This document shows, piece by piece, positions 27,501 to 40,500 of a DNA stretch of 64,000 bases (the stretch's first letter is position 1; the number at the start of each line of letters is the position of its first letter). The notes under the pieces are model-generated. The model searched no databases. It saw only the letters and a list, made by a program, of their open reading frames with translations, and was not told where the DNA came from. The stretch covers positions 17,298,001 to 17,362,000 of the forward strand of contig CM022672.1 of the NCBI GenBank assembly GCA_012295275.1. The letters are read 5' to 3'. The stretch comes from Chrysomallon squamiferum. Lineage: Eukaryota > Animalia > Mollusca. The position numbers were made by a program, and so were the translations under genes.

Positions 27501-28855
27501 ATGTATGGTGGCACAGGAAATAGCCCAATGATTTTCTGAGGAGACTCAATCCTACAATCTTTCAGAGTTTAGAATCCATGTGGTTGTGTGTGTGTACCTT
27601 AGGCAGCATACTCTGTGTTTGTGTGGATTTTTTCAGGGGGTGCGTGCAAGCTGTGAGAACATGTGAAATTATTCCAATGCGCAACAACTTACTGAGTGGA
27701 GGACTGCCGTTCTGCACACCGGTGCTGATGATTCCGTTGGGTGCCGATGGTGTTGACGTGGCCTGCGGTTTCTCATTTATTATCAACGGTGTTAACGGCT
27801 CGGTCTTCGAAAGTTCCTTTTTCACGGGCGTTTTCTGGACGCCTTCCACCTCCTTCTGCTCCTGCTGCATCATCACTTCTTGCACCTCACCTTTCACTGG
27901 TCTGGTGTCCTTTTTGGCTTTGGCTGGTGAAGAGACAGTCCGTGGAGGAGACGAGTCTTTTGGCTCTATCACAATTTCACGGATGGGGGACCCCGCGTGG
28001 TTCGTCTTCCAGGGTGTGGATGTCTGGCGGGGAGCTGGAACTCCTCGATGCTGCCGATCCACGCTTAGAGCGTTTAGGAGACCGGTCAGGAGAACCACCC
28101 CGCAGTTTTCCCTGCTTTTGACCTGAAAATAAATAAATAATACATTTTTATACATTAAATAAAAAAATAAAAAATAAAAAAAATAAAAACCCAAAAAACA
28201 TTTATTGTAAATGTAATTATTTTATAAATTAGATAAAAAAAAAAAAAAACCCTGTATTTTTAACTCTTGGATTTGTCAGAAAAGCATGATATTAATTAAC
28301 AGCTGAAAACGGATTACGTTTCCATAGATAGGAGAGCCCATTGCCAACACCTTTCTGACATTAAAATAAAATAGTTAAAAAGAATGCGTCATCAAGGATT
28401 GATCTCGCAACCTTTCACACCTCAGACAAACACTTTATAACTGATTTACAGCCCATTTACCAGCAAACTTATAAAATATAAAGTTAAGTCTATCATGACA
28501 CAGTAACGAAACTCAAATCAAAGTGTCAAGGCTTCAAAAACATAAAACTGTTTGAAATTCATGAGAAAATTCTTGTTATTCTGTGTGTGTTCTGCCTGCA
28601 CTTTCCACTCTGTTAAGATTAGCCAGTGTGTGTAATGTGGTTAGTCAACAATATGTGGCACAGTTGTAAACAGCTCTGTTTACTCAAATTGTTAAACTTT
28701 TTTCTTTTTTTTAATGTAACTAGTCAACCCCGCTTCCTTTCTGCTGTGTTTGAAATGATTAAAATAATAATAAATAATATATTGTTAATATCATGATACT
28801 GAATGGGAACTTTAAAAAATGTATAAAGTAATTTGATGTTTTATGCACACCCACC

Positions 28856-28889
<34 letters not shown>

Positions 28890-31800
28890 ATGTAAAGCTC
28901 TTTGTATGTCTGTTTGACCTGTCATTGTATGTATATGTATACATACATACATTCACTTAATATGTATATGAATACTAATAAAACAATTTTTAAGGTTTCT
29001 TTTCTCTTTTTCATTTTTCATTGTTTTTATTCTTCATTTTTTTTAAAGATTCTTTACCTTCTAAAGAACAATTTCTGGTTATAATTTCAGTTTAGCTTGA
29101 GTTTTAAAAATCATTTAAAAAAAATTAAGAAGTCTGTAAGATATACGAAATCATGTATCTACTAATTTAAAAACAAACAAAAAAAAAATTCCAGTTAATG
29201 TCCAATTACAGTAAATCATAAGTAATCAGATTCATAATTCATAAACTGAAAGGTTTAAAGTTGTTAGTATCACCTTCATGTCATTTTTATTACTGTCAAG
29301 TGACAACAAACTAATGAGAACTGTCAACAAAAGAAATTATTATCTTACAATGTTTACACACATGTATGTAGCTTCTGTACAATGATAATAAACACTAGCA
29401 ACATATAAACACAGAAGGCATACATGTGTGTGTATCTGAGTGTGTGTGTTAAAGAAATGAATATGTGTCAGTATCTAAGGACATGCATGACGTGAAATGT
29501 TTACTTTATTTTTTTTTTTTTAACAGATATTAAGCTCTTCCCTCCATATGCCTTTCTGCATATTTATATACATGCACACTTGCATATATAAATTATGTAT
29601 GCACTACTTATATATAAAAGTATGTAAACATAGCTGTATGCATATATAAATTTGTATCTGTGTATGTATCTGTTTGAATGTAAAGCTGTTTGCATGTCTG
29701 TTTGACCTGTCATTGTATGTATAGGTGTAAACATGTTTTTTTTTTTAAAGGAAATGGACCAGTCTTCTTATTATCCTCTAACAAAGGGAAATGATGAAGT
29801 CACATAACAATGAAAATCTGTTTGAAATGAGAATTAACATGCAAGACAACAAAGTAAGGATTACACAGGTAGAAAGGATTATTCTCGAACACTGGGATTA
29901 TCCTTTACCTAAGTGAAAGTGTAAACAGAGAAGACAAAAACTGTACCAGACAGTCACTATACACACAAACACACACACATACACACATAGACAAACAATA
30001 TAACATCTTAAATTCTAACATGTTTGCAAAACAGCAGCTTATAGAGAAGTGGATTGTTTTCAGTACTTTTTGAATCATGTTGATATCATATGATGTCCTC
30101 ATGGTAATATGATCAGTGTATTTATTTGTATACCTGTGCATACTTGCAGATGTCTCTCTAAGTTTATGTGCATGCATATATTTAATGTGTCAGTTTATGT
30201 ACAGGTATAGACTATTACTTTGTGCATATACACAATACATACATAATACACACACACAATACACACACACAATACATATATACACAAAAGTGAAATAAAA
30301 TAAAATACATTATTTTTAGTTAAATGTACATGTATATATCTTTACTTCTTGATGTTTACAAAATTTCAGTCAACACTAGCTGTTAATCTTTTTCTTTTTC
30401 TTTTTTTTTTTTCCTTTCACTATTTTTTTTCTTTCTACTAACTGAACAGCAATGCATCAATCACATGCATACCATGTTTACTATAACAAACATACAACAG
30501 CTTGCAGGCCTGGGGCACTTGGCACTTGATCATAACAATACTGTAGGACCCATACCACTTCATCAAAAAAGCTCAGAATTGTTTTCTTTCCTTTTTTTTT
30601 CTTCACAAAAAACAAACTTCTCTACTCCGGTCATTGCTACTTAATATTTCCTTTCAGTCTTTTGTAGCACAACAAATGGATTAAGCATGGAAGCTTATCA
30701 AGTACTCAAAAGTGACACGACCTCCTTCATTTTCAGATAAACAAGGACAGAGATCTTGGGTTATTAAGGGGGATTCTCCTTTGGATGGAAATGTTTTATC
30801 TTATCTCTGACACCATTTGTAACATAACTATACAAACTTCTCTGAGGGTTTGATAACACTATTTGTAATGTAACAGTAACCAGACTTGTTTCATTGTTAA
30901 ATAAATATAGACAGACACATCCTGATATATATTAAACTACACAAATCTAGTGTTTGTAAGTAAATGAAACCAGTGTTGTCCATTTCTGAAATAACATTGG
31001 TTTACAGCATTAAGTATGTTATTTTGAGATCTTTTATTTATTTACTGTTATTATTATTATTATGATTATTATTATTTTTAATAAGAGTAAGCAAGAAAGA
31101 AATGAAATATTCAATAAAATAATAAAATTTTGTAATGAACTGTTTGCTGAAATAAATAGTAAGATGAACTGTTGTTTATTATACTGAATTTGATTTGATT
31201 TTGGAATGATGCAACAGACCTCAAAAATACATGACAAAAAGGAAAAGGTGACACTGAGACGTTTTCCAGAATATACCATTCATCTGTCCTTTATGTAACA
31301 CATTATGTGCATGTCCTTGTATGTGTGTATGCATGTGTGTGTGTGTGTGTGTGTGTGTTTTTTTTTTTAATGCTACAGTAATGGTGAACATTACTGTTTC
31401 TCTCTCATATTATAATTTATGACTAAATGAATGCTGAATGAAATCAAGACAAAACTGCATCAGATATTAGCCATTAAAGGTAAACAAAGGAATTGCAAGT
31501 TAGGAAAATACACAATCTCTCTCGTTTTCAAATGAAGATAAACGAGATGCAACAGGCCTTACATTTGACCATTCATGACAAACATTAAACCACTACAGTT
31601 TACAACAATCTATTGTAATAGTTGATTCACCAGTGAATAGGTAGCAGTAAACAGGGAAGAAAAGACAGCTGATCTTTTTAACACTTTATGTATATTGAAA
31701 CTGTGAGTCACCTGAACTGCAAGGTCAATACAAGGAGAATAGACTCTTATTCAGCAAGTTCACTGAAAACTACTTGTCAGATATACATTTACACCTGGAG

Positions 31801-34487
31801 GTGTCAGCTACAATTTCTTTTTTTTTTTTTTTTTGTGATGCAATAGATTTACCAATATAACACAAATTTGAGTTCATCTGTTATAAATTTGTATATTTAT
31901 TAGAGAAAACTACTGTTAGATGTACATTAATTAATCACTGGTTTTAAAATGATTAGATTCAGGGATCATATTTCAGGTTTAGTTCTATAAACAGCTATCT
32001 GGAGTGTGCAAGACTGTTGTAACGTCTTTTCTTTTAACTAATAAACTACCATTCAGTTATCTTAGCTCTTGTTTCCAAGACAAACATTCTTTATACTTTA
32101 ATTTTCAACAGGTTTAATGTTTGAACTGGGTGCTAAATTTATTGAACTTTACTCAATGTACAAATCACAGTTTACATAAACTAACCCAATTTACAATGAG
32201 CTTTGGCTATTTTGTTTTACTTGTTAACTTCTTACCACCATGGTTAAATATCACATTGATAATTACCCAGTTAATAAAATTAATATAATTAATTAAAGAG
32301 TATTAACTACAGATAATATATATATATAGGCCTATACATAATTAGAATACACTTATGCAAAGCAGATGATTTACACATAATTTTAAGGGTGGAAAAAAAT
32401 GAGTGTGACATTGCATAAAAAGAAGTAATTAACAAAGGTTAAAATATGGAGAATGAATCATGTATTTTTATTAAGTATAGTTTTATCACTCATAGCACTG
32501 GTAAATCATACAGATGATATCAGTGGTAATGTAGATATAAATATGGCGTATTTTTCAATGCAGTGATATGATTATCTTAGTAAATGGAATAAAGTTCACA
32601 AAAAAAAAAAAAAAAAAAAAAGCTATGAAACAAAGAAACAAGACCCACCACCAAAAAAATGACAAGAAAATTTTAACAAAATTGTATTTGTTATTAGGCT
32701 GACAATAATTCAGAAATATGTAAAATTTAATAAACAAAAGAAAAAAGTATGAAAGGAAAAAAAAAAAAAAAAAAAAAAGAAATAAAAAGGAACAAACAAA
32801 AGAAACCCATGAGTGAAGAAAAAAAAGAAGAGCAGAGTGAATTAATTACTTTCCAAACTAATAAATAACTGATGATAAAACTTTCACAGTTCAGTAATTT
32901 TTGGCAGTTTCAAACATCTATATGTGCATGAACTTTTCTTTGATGTAATTATTAGGAAAAAGAAACACATTAAAATCAGTCAATTAGAAAATTAAATTAA
33001 TTTAACAAACCAAACAACAACAATAATAACTATAAAAAAAAAATATATATATATAATATTATACATATTTTAATAGTTGATAAAATGATGTACATGTGAA
33101 ATGTACATGTAAAAATGTACATGTACTTGGGATGTCAAGGTATACATGAGGTAACAGATGGCTTCATATTAGGAGTTAGTGCAGGAAGGTGTTAACAGAA
33201 TTTGTTAGGCAACTGTGAAAATAAAACACTTATGTATAAAATGTTTAAATTTAGAATAGAAGTATTAAGAAAAAAAAGGAAAGAATGTTAAAAAGAAAAA
33301 AATATATATGTAAAGAAATAATTCAATCATAAAACAAGCTATTTGAACAAAAAAAGACAATGCAAGATGTGTATGTGAAAGAGAGAAATGGAAGAAAAGA
33401 CTACCAGATAAATCATAGATTAGGTTGTTGTTTTTTCTGTGTTTTTTTAAGTTAAAGATAAAGCCCTATAAATATATTATCATTTCTTTTCACCCAGTAC
33501 TAGAAAATTCAAAGTTCATTTAGTTGTGTTAAGAACAATGTGAATGTAAAAAAAGGTTTTTAACTCTGACCATCTCTCCCTGGTTTTTTTTTTTTTCACC
33601 AACCTCGTTTTAAACTGGACAGTCCAATCTGAGTAACATGATTTATTGCCATTTTTTTTTTTAAAGTTTGTTTTAGAAAAAAAACAGCTCATTTTGTAGC
33701 AAGTGAAGTAGAAGTAATTTGTAAAATTGACCTCTGAACAACGTTTACAAACAAAATAAATGACTTCAGTCAAGATAAGCAGGTATTGTTTCATGTTGAC
33801 CTTGCAGGTGTCACCAAAAAGTGAAATATTAATCCTTCAAGTAAGGGTCATATGATGCACTTTCTTTCAGTTTATCAATGAAGGCATGTTTTAATTTTTT
33901 TTTTTTTTTAAATTATATTTATCAAATTAGGAGTTAAAAAAAAAAAAAAAATTTCCTTCATATTATTATTATTCTTTATTCATTCATTTAATTTATTAAT
34001 TTTTTATTTCATTAATTTTTTTTTTTTTTTTATGACAACTAAATTTTTCTTCCCAAAAGGATGATTGTTCCATACACATGAATGCATCAGTAATATTTGA
34101 AAACAGCTGTACATTTTTAACAATGACTGTTTTGTTTAAAATAATAATCAGTCAACAAAATAAAAATAAAATGATGGAATGTTTACTCATAACACAGCAC
34201 TATCATATACTAGTAACTGATATATCCCTATGAGTCACTGAGAAAGACGGTTTTAAAAAAAACTGAAAATGAAGTCTCCACTGATGTCATTTAATGTTTG
34301 TTTTTTTCACCTGTGATGAAACTGCTTGGCCCTTAATGTCCTGTTGTTTTCCTATTTTTCTGCTTCAACATATTTGTACATATTAGTCATAGGGTATGAA
34401 ATGATCTAATTCTTCTTATTATTAGCTTCTAACAGTTCCTAAAATATCATCTAACATTTGCAGTGATGCTAAAGAACATCTTTAAAA

Positions 34488-34520
<33 letters not shown>

Positions 34521-37500
34521 TTAAAAAAATCAAACAAATTGCACAGAATTTGCATTCTGCCTACTAATAACATTTTCTTCAATATTTAAAATCCTGATAC
34601 ATGCATTTTCTGGAAGAAAAATAAAAAAGTCTCCACCTGGTCTACAAAACACACCATGTCTCATCAACCAATCTTTTCCACATATTCACTTATAACAAAG
34701 AGAGAAAATATGCCTGGAATGAAAAATTGACTTAATGAAAAACAGACTCTTCGTTACCTTACTGACATTCCATAATACTCTTCATAAACCATCAATCTCA
34801 AGCATTTTCTGTCTTGGGCAGAAACTATTTTTTTTACAGATTTAGTTAATTTTATTTTTCAGTAAAAAAAAAATAAAAATGAACAGAAACCACATCAGAC
34901 TTCTACTCATGTATTATTAATCTTACTCTCTGAGCTTTAATCCTGCAGTAAATTCTGTAGCATCAGGAATCCACTGTCAAGTTTCAATCCCTAACTGTCA
35001 ATCTTAAAATAAAAGCATCAATTCTTCAATGTCTTAAATCCTTTATCATCAATTCTTCTTTGTATTAGATTTTTAATGTCTTTGATTTTAAAGCATCAGA
35101 CATATACTGCATTAGATCAAATGGCATCAAGGCTTCAGTAACTTAACCATATAAAATGCACCTTCTACCTCCTTAGATGATCTAAAATATATCCTTCCTT
35201 CATTGACTAAGCAGTGAATTGATATTTATACTGTATATCATTATTCATTGTCATGAATCTTGTATTATGCAGCATTAATTCTTCATTATTATTTCTTTTA
35301 AAAGTCTTTTAGCATCAGTCCTCCACTGCCTTAAAATATTATATCGTCAGATCCTTACTGTCTTCAGTAACAGCATAAATCCATCATCTTAAGAACAGGA
35401 ACAGCAATAGTATTCCAGACTTAAGCTGTCTTATAGCATTAGTTCTTTATTATCTTAAGTCTACCATCACAGTCTAGCATAACATAAACCTGAAAACCCC
35501 AATCAAATATATCTGTGTCTGTGTAACTGGGCTACTGGGAATGTCTGAGACCCCATACACCAATCATGCTGGTATTCTTGTACACAAGCTGCATCAGTGT
35601 GATGAATCAATATTTTTCGAGGAGACGACTTGTTGGAATAATACTTGCAGTAGAAGAACTCTGATGGTATTTAAAGACTGGGGAAAAAGAAGTTCAATTT
35701 GATTTTCGATTCCCTGTCTCCGGTATAGCTTTGTAATTAGCCAGTCCTTTTCAAGTTCTGTGTATTCTTAACTTGATGTTGCTTATTAATTTTTACACTG
35801 CCAGAACATCTGTGGGTATTGATAATGTTCAGTATGTTGTTAGTGAGGATTTCTCTGGTTTTAATACAAGTCTGGCTGATATATAAAGTGTTACTGATAT
35901 AAACAAAGAGGATGTTTATACATACCGTCAACTTGATTACAAATATAACAATCAGAGGAATGAAAAATATGCAAATTATGTTTTGTCAACATAAATAAAA
36001 CTGAAAAACAATGAATAATAAAAACACATTTAGTGTAAATAATGATACACTGGTCAGTAATGCATTCCACTTGTTTACATTTAGTCATCCATTTTATTTA
36101 CATTACTACCTTCACCATGTTTCTAATTTCTAGCAGTACAAATATTTTTGCACACAAGCATACACAAACAAAATATCTCTTTGTCTCAGTGAAGTACATA
36201 TATGTCTACCAGCTTTATCAAGTGAGTAATACAGTATACAACATCATCTATATAGTCAAAGAAAACACAGAAGTTTATCAAAAGAATACATTCATTATCT
36301 ATTTCAGGTTTCATTACTATACTTATTATTACGTAAAATATATATAGCATTTATACCTTTTATATATTCATAAAATCATTGTATTTAGTATAAACTTAAT
36401 ATACTATCAGGTTTTACAGAACCATCTTATATTCTAATATGTAGATATTTTACGTACCAATTTCCAGTTTTATCTTGTAAGTCGCATCAACCAAATATAG
36501 GAAATATATTACCAAGCACTATATGTAGGCTGAATCGTGTTTTATAGTAACACTCTATATGATAATTACCATTTTTACCTCATAAGTAATACATAACACT
36601 GTACAATATCATTTACATATTGCAGGAGGCTGGAAACATATACCTGGAAGACATTTTTTTTTATTTATGACATGTAACAGTACACAGTTTATATCATCAT
36701 TTATATGTTATACTACACAATATCTTAAACATCACAGGAAACACATCATTACTAGATGAGTATAATGACTGTATTATCCTTCAGAATCTTCTTTAATAAT
36801 AACATCTTGTAACCTCATATATAATTCTTTCGTATATCAAAGAAAATATAATCTTATACCAGAAGGCTAAATCTACTGTCTGTAAGCTTTCCCAAGTAAT
36901 AATTTATTATCATTTATGGAATACTAGAACAGTATAATATTAGCTGTACATCACAGGAAGAACAACTTGCTAATAGTACTCATATACCAACTGTCTACAC
37001 ACATCTGTTGGGTTACAGTTAATTTACACCAGTGTGTTTCTGGTTATAGATAACCGGTACATACTATTTGGATAACTGTGTCAGTTATGAATGACTTTTC
37101 TTTGTAACACAGAAATGGAAAGAATATGGCACAGCACCAAGATCTGTCATAGGTGTCATGCTAATGATATGATGTAGAACAAAGCCAGCAGTATTAACCA
37201 TAAATATATAAATAAATGTGGTGCCAGAGACAAACACTGATATCAGATCCTCAGTATTTTATTTATTTTCAGATTTTGATACCAATTTTATTATTATTAG
37301 CAGTAGTAGTAGCAGTAGTAGTGGTGGTAGTAATAGTAGTAGTAGTAGTAGTAGTAGTGGTAGTAGTGGTGGTAGTAGTAGTAGTAGTAATAGTAGTAAA
37401 CATTCATAGTAAAAGTTAGCACTTACAACAACAATACTTTTATCATATGTTATTGCTACTATTAGTTGGAGTATATGTATATCAGAAATATTATGTTAGT

Positions 37501-40500
37501 GTTGTAATAATTAACACTGAATTTTATTTTCAATGCTACTTTTATACTGATTTTTATGATTACTGTAGTTAATATCAAATTAAAATATGACTGCAATTAT
37601 GACTACTACAAGCACATTAGAAATATATATCACATTTAATTGCCCTATTTCTGATGTGTAAGGTTGACATCTGAAATACCAAAACACATATTATCCCAAA
37701 GACTCAGTTTTTCTAACTACTTTTGAAAATAGTATAGGTCTAGTGGTACTGGAAGATATGGTGAGTTACAATCATGTTGTAGTAATCTTGACATAATGTT
37801 AGCTATTACAACCACTTCCCAACACACAAGTACAATCATTAATTTTGATAGGATAATATACTGCAATAGATTACTGAATGAAATATAATGCTTGTAATTG
37901 CATTTTGACATTATTTGTGAAACTGAAGCATAGGTACAGTCTAACTGTGTGTACTTTTATCTTTTTAATTTTGTTATCTACTACTACTCAAAAAAAAAAC
38001 AAAAAAATAATAATAATAATAATCAAAAATATATATTTTTTATATCATCTTATTTTTCATTTTATTATTTTTTTTTTGTTTTTTTTTTATTATAAAGGAT
38101 AATTATATTCAAACACAGCAATATCCTATTTAGAAAAGATAAAACTATCTTCAAGTATAATATACATTGTTTGAAATTTTGAAAATACTGTTTTTTATTT
38201 ATGTGTCTAATAATTCTTTTTACATTATAAATTTCTTTTTTTAAACTATAAGCATTGCCTCTTTTTACATTATAAATTTCTTTTTTTTTAACTATAAGCA
38301 TTGCCTCTTTTTACACTATAAACATTGCTATGAGTTCAGGAACACATTTTATGGGTGTGTCAGCTATCCTATTTCCCAACATGTTTTCCTGGAGCACCAC
38401 AGCTGGACCTGACCCTGTTATCTCTGAATTCTGACTGTGTTGTTCTTTCATGCCAAAAACATTGTTACAGTAAACCTTCTCTTATTGGTGTCTTCAAATT
38501 AAACAACCCTACTCACTAAGACACAGTTTAAATTAGAAATACACTGGTGCACTGTTTGTATCTCGAAAGATAATCTTCTTTTAAGGTTCATCCAAGTGTG
38601 ATACGTTCTTTTTTAAACAAACTTTGGATAAATTAATTAGCTGTTATTGAATTAAGATTAAACTTCTGTCAATTACCTCAAGATTTTGAATATGTGAAAA
38701 TGGATAATATAAAAGTGCACTTTCCTGACTTTAACACTGGACCAATGCAAGAAAGAAATGTTTTACTTAATAAGACTCTGTACATTGTACATTTGCAATT
38801 ACATGGAGCCAAAAACATGGGTAAGGGCTATACAGAATACAGCAGTGATAAAATAAAGGCCTATTGTTAGCAATAAAATTATGAAGTCCTATTTGATTTT
38901 CTCAAATAACAATTATAAACAAAGCCTAATAAATCATTTTCTGTGAAACATTTATTATTATTATTTTTTTACATTTGAATTAATATTGCAACAGTTATGA
39001 ATTTCTTGTTATTTTATTTTAAAATATTATGTTGTGCATCTAAGAATTAAGAAAACATTAGGGAAAAATCAGAAGAAACTAAAGAAAAGACTCAAAACAA
39101 AACTAATATGTAAATAAAGCAGTGTTTGATCTAATATTACCTGAATATGACCCAAAATGCACAATACAACAATGAAACTACAACACACACACACACACAC
39201 ACACACATTTGAGCATATATGTATATATATATATATATTGCCTTCTACTTTTATACTAACAACAGTCAGCCATTTAAAGAATTGATTAATTATTTATAGC
39301 AGGTATTTTTACAGATGGCTGTTTGTTGCACTAGATGACCTCTAGATATAAAATAATATACCTGTATAAAACAACAATGCCTGAAATTAGACAGCTGCTG
39401 ATAATAGTTTCAACAATAATAAATCATTATTCTTTTATATATATACACACATACAGACATACATACACATATTTACTACAACTAACATTATTATAATACA
39501 ACTATAAATATTTTCAACTGATACTGTTAAAAAATAAAAATTTGTAATGGCCAATTTTTCAAAAAAAAAAATTCTGTATAGGAGTTTTACTGTAACCATA
39601 ATAGTGGAAACATGCTTCCAAAAACAGAGATGCCCTGAATAAAAAGATAAGACACTGCTTATCAAGGAAGGACTTCACTAACAGTAACAATCTGGTCTCC
39701 ACTGTGCCAGGCAATTTCCGCTTCATGCTTACTTCACAGCAGTTTGTTTTAGTATCTCAAGTTACTGTTTATTTTAAATGATGAGGTTGGAAAAAAAAAT
39801 AAAAAATAAAAAAAATAAAAAATTCTTAAGAATTGTGTTGTGAATATTATTATAATCATCAAAAGGACCATTCGTGTCAAATCACCTTAAAATAAAATGA
39901 AATAAAATTTTACTCCTGTTCCCTACGGATTTTATTACAACTTTCCATTTCTTGTTGGTTTATTATGGGTGTGATATGTGAACTGTGGAATATTTCTTGC
40001 ATGGAAAATCTCTGAAGCTTAGGAAATACTGCACTTAAATGTTTGTTTCTATTTTTCAAAATAAGCACAGGCACTATTTTAGACTTATTCATGAACAAGA
40101 AGAATCGCATTTCATAAATCAGATGTCACTGGAAAGGGAGTTCTATGTATGTCACTGGTCAAATAATTACTAACTGCAACTCTATGAGTGTATGTCTTTG
40201 AAAGTAACAGAGACATGAAAGTAAATCAGATGTATGAAAAAAGAAATCAAAGGACATACAGACTTTACTCATACATATATGTACGTATCTCAAATTGAAA
40301 TTCAAGACACAAAATATACAAAATTAAACTTACATGTAATTAGGCTTTCCTTCTTTGCACATGCAATGTTTAAATTAATGTTATTAAACCAGACTAACAA
40401 TATACATGTGAATGATGCAGCCTCTTTCAGCCATTATTTATAACTCCCCGATGAAACGTGCCAGAATCCATATTCTTCAATTCCTAAGATATTTCTCTTT

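Noticed and set aside
28085-28100. TGG TTC TCC TGA on the minus strand, resembling the antizyme frameshift site
   Set aside because: It lies in the third frame and arises automatically from Gly-Ser-Pro-Asp codons. A +1 shift there would lead only into the frame that stops at 27977.
27578-28126. Plus-strand ORFs of 182 aa and 126 aa
   Set aside because: Antisense shadows of the GC-rich minus-strand exon, with no recognisable motif or splice context.
30496-30565. Possible minus-strand exon or start ending CAAGCTGTT|gtatgt
   Set aside because: Weak acceptor, no family similarity, and the ATG-initiated frame is phase 2 and stops early in exon 2. A 45-nt phase 0-0 exon cannot be excluded but is unsupported.
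33127-33212. Strong minus-strand acceptor ttttattttcacag
   Set aside because: Stops in all three frames and no convincing donor.
35592-35666. C/D-box snoRNA-like pattern (GTGATGA ... CTGA with catcag/ctgatg ends)
   Set aside because: Antisense to the host intron, no rRNA guide I can recognise, and the boxes are short enough to occur by chance.
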